From positions 96,766-160,765 of the IMG/VR virus record IMGVR_UViG_3300037475_000032: a DNA stretch of 64,000 bases. One strand, written 5' to 3'. The stretch is from a virus. The notes beneath the pieces were generated by a model, which was given only the letters and a program-made list of their open reading frames with translations, had not been told where the DNA came from and did not search any database. Position numbers and translations under genes: made by a program. Shown piece by piece: positions 30,168 through 37,600 of the stretch. The first letter of the stretch is position 1; every line of letters starts with the position of its first letter.

Positions 30168-31883
30168 CAGACTCAAAGCCCTGTGGTGATTGCTCCCATG
30201 ATCTAGACCGGCACAGCGCCCAGGAAGGCATGTGCTTGGATTGCGAGTGCCATGGTTGGAGCGCTGAGGCGACTCGTGACTGGAAGATCGACAGCGGTGT
30301 GATAGTTGAGCGCATGGAGGGCTATCGCTGGGTCGAGGTCATCCGCTTCGGTGAGGCGTATATCAGGCAGATCAGCGATATCCCTGACCGAGGCCAATGC
30401 TTTGAATTGCGCATCCCTGCCATTCATCCCCGCACGCACAAATGGACGGACGAAGACGGAGATCGCAACTACGTCCGCAAGGAAATGGAGTGCGGTAGAC
30501 TTGACATCCATCGCGGTTGGCCTACTGTGGTAGGCTACATTCAGGATGAGGATACTGGCTCCTACCACAAGGAGCGTTGGAGCCTATACGAAGAGGACAA
30601 GACATGAGCTACGACCTATACGACTTCAAGGAAAGCCTCCAGATCGCTGGAGTAGAGGCCACACGAGTTGAGCACTGCTCGCTCGGCTTCGGTGACTCGC
30701 CCGAGGGCTATGGCTCATGGGAGGGCGGCTTCGTCTGTCATACACGTAGCGGCAAGCCGTGGATCTTCGTCTTCGGTTGGTGCGACACGACCGGCTGGGG
30801 ATGTCAGGACGGTGCGTACGTCCACGAGTTCGATCACGAGCCCACGCGCGAGGAGATCAGAGAGGCATGGGGCAAGGAGTTGTACTCCAGTGAACGCCTT
30901 GAGAACATGCTCCTGCTCGCCGACGAGGACCCCATCGACATCAACCGCTACCTGCGAGGCGAAACCAATGCCTGAGGTCACGGTCATCGACGGTCGCTGT
31001 GGCGACGACTTGTGCGAATACAAGGGCTCTTACTTCGTGGCCGTGCGTTGTGGTAACTGTGGCCTTGAGGGTGAGCTTCATTGCACCAAGGGTCACGAGG
31101 CATGGCGCACAGCGAAATGGGAGGAGTGCCCGCGTTGCTCCTGTGACAGCTTGAACGCAGGCGACTATCTCCGCGATGGCGAGGATGGTGAGCCCGATGA
31201 GGACTGACGGCCGCGTAGAGCTATTGGCGACTGCCCTGGATGGAGTGCTCATGTCCGGGATCTCGGCAGAGACCGAGGCTCGTAGCCTCTTGAGGCTGCT
31301 AGATCAGCATGACGGTTCGATCCCTCCAGAGCCGCCCATGACCTTCCGCCTTGTCGCTAAAGATGGCGAGTGGCAAGTGCATACAGCCGTACGCCCAAGC
31401 GAGGGCTTGGAGGTCACGTTCACGGTTGGCATACCCGTTTAAACGGGTAGATACGCAGGAGGAATAGAATGACCATTGAACGACTCTCAGAGGCGCAGTA
31501 CATCGCTCTCGTAGCCGTGATCGACGGTAAGACGCCGAGCAATGCGCCAGAACTAGAACGCGAGGGCCTTATCGAGCCCATCACGCAAATCAACATCGAG
31601 GACGAGTTCCGCTATCGCCTAACAGGCGAGGGCAGGCGTCACTACACGATGTTCCGTGAGCGCATGAGCACAGACAATGCTCATCTCCAGTAGTCACAAC
31701 TTCGATGACTACGACAGCGAGATAGGCTTCTATCACAGCATCACGCGCTGGTTCGACCGCCTGTATGGGCGTTCGTCAGAGTGGTGGCATACACGACATG
31801 AGGAACTAGACTGCTCGCCTCTGTCCGCTCTCTGCGAGGGGAGATTTGACGAGGTTCATGCGGCTTGGCTGCCTCGTCGGTAG
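30164..31883 (+). CDS. Run of six small hypothetical genes (30164-30607, 30604-30975, 30968-31207, 31197-31442, 31469-31693, 31677-31883)
   Basis: Mostly overlapping starts/stops; several are Cys-rich. Confidence 0.55.
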
Positions 31884-31965
31884 TTCGCCAACCTCATTCA
31901 CGGTGAAAGCGTAGGGGTAATAGGTGAGTCCTGCTCACCTTCCCCTTAGCGATCTCCAACCATGA

Positions 31966-32286
31966 ATGAAAAGACATTGGCCCATCACGTTCCGCGACCT
32001 GTTTCTGGGGTCACTGGCGCTAGTTATCCTGTACGACCAGGTTTTCATCGCCAGAGCGGCACAGCCGTTGCTCATCTTCCTCGTGATCTTCCTATTCGCT
32101 TCGATCCCAGCCCTCAGGGGAGACAGCAAAGACGATCAATATGGCCCTTTCGCACGTTTCGTCATGATGGCATTGGGTATCGAGGTGCCGCAGCCCCCAG
32201 AGGGAAGAAATCATGGCATGGACTCGTCATCCGCTACCCCAACCTCATCGGGCTCACAGCCATCGGTGGATTCGGAGCAGTCGTAA
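31966..32286 (+). CDS. Two-TM membrane protein (holin-like)
   Basis: Two hydrophobic helices; GTAATAGGTG upstream. Confidence 0.5.
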   Translation: MKRHWPITFRDLFLGSLALVILYDQVFIARAAQPLLIFLVIFLFASIPALRGDSKDDQYGPFARFVMMALGIEVPQPPEGRNHGMDSSSATPTSSGSQPSVDSEQS

Positions 32287-32316
32287 CTCAGATCATCTCT
32301 ACCTTGCACTAAGCCC

Positions 32317-33120
32317 ATGAAGAACAGATTCAGAACGTTCATCGTCCTAGCTGTAGCTATAGCCATCGGGCTTGGTGGTTATTCATTCGCGCAGGTAGAA
32401 CATTCGATTCATCAGCAGGGCATCGAGCTTGCACAAGAACGCCTAAACGCCTGTAAGTTCAAGCTCTACGATCTCGCTGTTGGCTACGAGAGCAAGTCGG
32501 CTCATCTCCAGAAGGGTAGCCCGGAGTACAATCCGCGTCAAGCCGCTGTGTTGGCTGGCGCTTTGCGCGTTGTCCTCACCATTCCATCGGCCAAGGAATG
32601 TATCCCAGTCATCAGGGAATCGCTCTCGAAGCAGAAGAATCCGCAGGGCCTTACGCCCAAGGTTGAACGTGAACTTGTGGGTCTAGCGGTACAAGCAACC
32701 AACTCGACTCTCACCCAGCCTCCTGCCAACAACACCACGCATCCGCCTGGCTCATCGACGCCCAAGCATCACGGGCGCACAACCCCTACTCACCCCGCTC
32801 ACCCGACAACGCCACCGCCTGTAGTTCCGCCTGTTACGGTCACCACACCGGCTCCAGCACATCCCTCTACTCCAGCGCCCAAAGTCACGCCCACGACGCC
32901 CAAAAGCACACCACCAGTCAAAACTCCGCCTGTCACAACACCTACGACAACATCACCGATCACGACTCCACCGATTGAAGTGCCTCCTATCACAGTGCCT
33001 AAGGTCGAAGTCCCACCGATCACGTTGCCACCTGTGGAAGTTCCGCCCATCAAGATCAACCTGGAAGAACCTCTTTGCAAGGTGCCTGTGGTCAAGCTCC
33101 TTACCTGCCCCAAGCCCTAA
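32317..33120 (+). CDS. Membrane-anchored Pro/Thr-rich protein
   Basis: N-terminal TM; long PT-rich tail with VEVPPIT repeats. Confidence 0.65.
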   Translation: MKNRFRTFIVLAVAIAIGLGGYSFAQVEHSIHQQGIELAQERLNACKFKLYDLAVGYESKSAHLQKGSPEYNPRQAAVLAGALRVVLTIPSAKECIPVIRESLSKQKNPQGLTPKVERELVGLAVQATNSTLTQPPANNTTHPPGSSTPKHHGRTTPTHPAHPTTPPPVVPPVTVTTPAPAHPSTPAPKVTPTTPKSTPPVKTPPVTTPTTTSPITTPPIEVPPITVPKVEVPPITLPPVEVPPIKINLEEPLCKVPVVKLLTCPKP

Positions 33121-33150
33121 ACGCCCAAGGCGCGAGCAGTAATAGGTAGT

Positions 33151-34140
33151 ATGGCCCGTGTCCAAATCCCCTTCGCCGTAGAGACAAAGGTCACCGTCTC
33201 CGGTGAACACGTCATTGCTCCCGTAGCGGGAGCTTCTGTGTCTGTGAAGAACCGTGACACATCGGCCACCATCAGCATCTTTGCAGCAGAAACAGGCGGC
33301 TCAACACTCTCGTCTCCTGTCACTGACGAAAACGGCAACATCCCAGGATGGCTTGAAGAAGGATCGTACACGATCACGGTCTCAGGTGGTTCGCCTGCCA
33401 TTGCTCCTGTCGAACGAGCATGGGACGCTGTACGAGGCGATGGTGTAAGCGCTGTGGCAGCAGGCGTCATCACACCCGCCATGCTCGCATCAGCCACTAC
33501 AGCGTTGCTTGTGCCTACTGGCACAGTGCTTCCGTTCGTGTCGGCTGCTCTCCCCACAGGCTATCTATGGGCCACGGGTCAGGCAGTCTCACGCACCACC
33601 TACTCATCACTGTTTGGTGTCATCGGCATCACCTTTGGGGAAGGCAACAAAAGCAGCACATTCAACGTGCCTGACTTGCGTGGTCGTCATCCTGTGGGTG
33701 CTGACAACTTCGGTGGTGCTGGCCGTGCGTTCAGGCTCGAAGAAAAGACGTTCGCCTCTGATGGATTGTTCAATCAGAACATCCTTGGTGGTTCAGGTGG
33801 ACAGGCTCAGCACGTCCTCTCTCAGTTCGAGCTTGCAGAACACAATCACAACGCCGAATCAACGGACTTCGGCCACTTCCACCACGCTGTATCTCCGGGC
33901 CACTTCGCGCTCATGAACAGCAATACAGAAGGTCCGTACCAGATGGTCACAAACCTCAGCATGTCGGGACCAGAGAGTGCGTCGTGGACGAACTTCGACA
34001 TCGGCAACGGACTCTACATTGCTGAAACCACGGCCACAGGCAACGCCAACATCGGCACAACCATCTTCTTCCGTGGTCGTAACGAAGCTCATAACACCAT
34101 GAGCCCGTACCAAGTCTTCAACTGGATTGTGAAGACTTAG
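33151..34140 (+). CDS. Tail-collar-domain tail fibre protein
   Basis: PTGTVLPF, PTGYLWATGQAVSRTTYSSLF, FNVPDLRGR, AHNTMSPYQVFNWIVKT. Confidence 0.9.
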   Translation: MARVQIPFAVETKVTVSGEHVIAPVAGASVSVKNRDTSATISIFAAETGGSTLSSPVTDENGNIPGWLEEGSYTITVSGGSPAIAPVERAWDAVRGDGVSAVAAGVITPAMLASATTALLVPTGTVLPFVSAALPTGYLWATGQAVSRTTYSSLFGVIGITFGEGNKSSTFNVPDLRGRHPVGADNFGGAGRAFRLEEKTFASDGLFNQNILGGSGGQAQHVLSQFELAEHNHNAESTDFGHFHHAVSPGHFALMNSNTEGPYQMVTNLSMSGPESASWTNFDIGNGLYIAETTATGNANIGTTIFFRGRNEAHNTMSPYQVFNWIVKT

Positions 34141-34173
34141 TTATCTCTTAGTTCTCCTTCTCTAATAAGAGAT

Positions 34174-34596
34174 ATGGGATGGGAATGGCTAGGGGGCTTG
34201 TTTGAGGGTGAGGGGCACATTGCTCTGACAGGGCGTAACTCTGTCTCCATCTGCATCAACATGACAGATGAGGACGTGATTCGCAAGGCTCATGAAGTGG
34301 CAGGTGGCATAGTTTCAGGGCCTTACAGTCAAGGAAGACATAAGCCTCTTTGGCGATGGGGAGTCAATCGCTCAGAGGATGTGTTGGTCGTGTTGCAAGA
34401 GATCGAGCCATACCTTGGGGAACGACGCCGAGCCCGTGTTCTGGAAGCATACAAGCGCTTAAAAGGTGTGAGACGCAATGGTTACTGCAAGCGTGGACAT
34501 CCCATGTCGGGGGACAATCTGTACGTGAGCCCAAAGGGCCAGCGTCACTGTCGCACTTGCTCCCGTGACCGCGACCACCGAAGGATCAAGACCTAG
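34174..34596 (+). mobile_element. Free-standing LAGLIDADG-type homing endonuclease with C-terminal Zn finger
   Basis: WLGGLFEGEG; CKRGH...RHCRTC; lower GC than flanks. Confidence 0.75.
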
Positions 34597-34644
34597 CCTA
34601 AGCCGTCTGGAGGCGCTTCTCCGGCGACGTAAAAGAAAAGACGA

Positions 34645-37600
34645 ATGAATACGCAAGCAAAGACACCAAACGGCTCAGATCGCCTCACAGTGGATGGCTG
34701 GACTGCCGCTACCCCAAGGCGCTGGAAGCATGAGTGGATAGCAGAGAGCCCGCACGAGGCGGGCTCTCAAAATGTCGCTCTAGCTCAAGTATTCAACTCT
34801 TCTCCTGCTAATGCTCTAGCGGCTCATCGTGATCCTTTCGCAGAAGGTCAGGGTTTCCATGTCGCACCACACATAGTATCGCACGAGGGATGGACTGTCA
34901 AGAGCGACGTGCCGAGCGAGCCACCGAACTACAAGCCAGCGGCCAAGCGTTTAAACGCCCCGCACTGCGGCTCATGCAAGATGTACGATCACGGCAAGTG
35001 CTGGGGCTACGGCAACAAGCCCGTGGAGGAGGATTACGTCTGCGACAGCTACTCTCCCTCAGACAATAGTCATCAAGACCAAGCTGACAACCTGCCAAGT
35101 GGCGAGAACGAAGTTGACAGCACGACATCCTCATTTGCAGGGGATTTGGATTGGAAGTTGCCGGTTTTTGACACTTCACCCTCTGAGTCAGGTTGGCGAT
35201 TGGCCGCAAGTCCTGATGAGTTGTTCATCGCACTCAATGTGCCTAAGCCAACAGCCGACAAGATCCACGCTTGGGCCAAGGAACAGGACTGGCCTGAGGG
35301 CACTGAACTAGAGGAGCCAAGCGAGTATCACATCACTCTGCTTTACTCACCGAAGGGACATGAGGAGCACAAGGAGGCGGAGTGGTGGACGACCGATAAC
35401 TCCGACAACGTTGTGGTCAAGAAGCTGGACGAGTTCCCATCCCAAGAGCGTGGTGAGCAGAACGCCTTTGTGCTCCGAGTGGATCGACCCGACGACGAGA
35501 TCAAGATTAGGATGGAAAGGCTACTGGACAAGGCTGAGGAGGAAGGCGTGGAGGTCAACCGCTATCCAGGTGGCAGCAAGCCTCACATCACCATCGCCTA
35601 TGGTCCTAAGCTGCCTAAGGGCATCAAGCCACCTGACATCTCATTCAGCACCGATGAGGCGCACTGCGGTAAGCCAAGGACAAGCTCAGTCGCCAGCGAT
35701 ACGCTTGGCGATCTCGAAGCAGACGTTGGTTCCGGTTGGACCAGTGATGAGTTCGAGGCCCTGATATCCCCAGAGCCCAAGACACATAGCGCCTGGCACG
35801 TAGATGAGGAGGCACAGGAAGCGCACGATCATCTCAACGATGCCGAGCAGCAGTATGATTGGGAGGGCGCAGTATCTCATGACTTTAGGCTAGCAGACTA
35901 CAACGTGCAAGTGCCAGTGGTGACGCCAAACCAAGGTGTCGGGCTCGCAACTCCGCATCAAGTAGGTGACTTGCTCTCAATCCAGAGCGTGGCCCACAAC
36001 TTGCACTACAAGTATCAGCAGAGCGGGCTAGACCCCAACAGCGCACAACAGTATGCCAGTAAGCTGCTCCAAGCGATTGGCTACACGAATCCAGATCAGC
36101 CGACCATAGACGCAGCATTGCAGGCTTGGAAGGCAATGTACCCTGAGGATGCTCGCTCCGCATATGCTCTGCCTGGGGTTGCGACATCAAGTCACGATGC
36201 TGACGGTGGCTTTGGTGACGCTGCCTTGGACTGGACTGATGCTCACACTGCCTCCGCCACTGATGGCGAGGCTGAGAGTCTTGCCCTTCTTGAGTTCAGC
36301 GGCCTGAGTGGGCGTAACAGCGATGTTGCCGGTGATGGCAAGGACGATAGTTTGGGCCATGGCTGGACTCTAGCACACCCCAACCATGATGCCAACCACA
36401 CAAGCAACAAGGACGAACAACAGGCTGGAGTAGAACAGCCTGCGTCTGCCGTCACGGCCGAGCTTGGATGGAATGAGCCCCAGTGCAGTGAGATAGGCGA
36501 GCAGCCAGATCACATAGACCGCCAGAGCAATCATGAAGACCATGATTGGAGAGTAGCAGGTTCGCCCCAGACAATCTTCCAGCCCATCAGGGCGATAGTG
36601 GACCAAGGCGGCCAAGTCCATACGTTCAACGATGGTCATGTCCCGTACTCGCAGTCTAATGGCATCGACCCAAACACGAACCAAGCACATCTCCAGATCC
36701 ATCAGCCTAGCGGAGAGGTGGAGGATTTGTCAGGCGCTCACTCACAGCATGAGCAAACAGTGGCAGACTACTTGAACCAGCAGACAGGGGAAGATCGATA
36801 CCACGCAAGGCCCAATGACATGGATTGGGTGTTCGGGTCGGCGGCAGGCGGCGCTCCTCAAAAATCTCAGAGAGCGTATCAGTCACGAATAGGTGAGGAT
36901 ATGCACGTCCACGAGCCTAAACTACACGCTACAGGAGCCCAAACACTGTCCAACCCCTCCCGTCAGCCTGTCACTCAGGCACGCGCACACGAGAGCGATA
37001 GCCGAGGAGGGTCACCCTCCGATGAGTTGACCAGCTTCCTGTCACACATTCATGAGGGCGATTCATGGGACACGAGACAATGGCCTGATCCATTGAGTGA
37101 CAACGGCACTGGAGGTAATGTGCCTCGTGGTTGCACTTGTCAGTCAGGACACAAGCTCGATTGCCCCGTTCATGGCCTTGAGGCCAATGGTGAATACGAC
37201 ACCATGGAGTGGACTATCCCTGAGGCTTCACCTGTTGGCTATCCACAGGATCAACCGCGCAACTGGCAACAGGCTGAGTCGTCAGTACGTCAGTCAGTAA
37301 GGACTAGGCAAGAGGTTGATGACAATGATGAGCCCAAGCCCAACAGCAAGGCCGACCAAGACAGAGCCAAGCAACGCACCAACCACGGCACAGAAGCCAA
37401 TGAGTATGAGTGGCATCAAGTTCATGCGCCTAGCATAGCACACGACACAAGTCAAGGCGCATCAGCCACACCACTAGCACACACAGCACAGGATGTCAAT
37501 AGCCGTCCGTCCTATAAGGCATTGCTTAGACCTTCGGGCTTAAGACAGTCCATCGAAATCTCAGGAAGTGAAAACGACCTAGAGTGGTACTCAAGTCACG

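Noticed and set aside
35059-35130. Another nested antisense hydrophobic peptide (GCRAVNFVLATWQVVSLVLMTIV)
   Set aside because: No start codon at its 5' end and no promoter; at most a remnant
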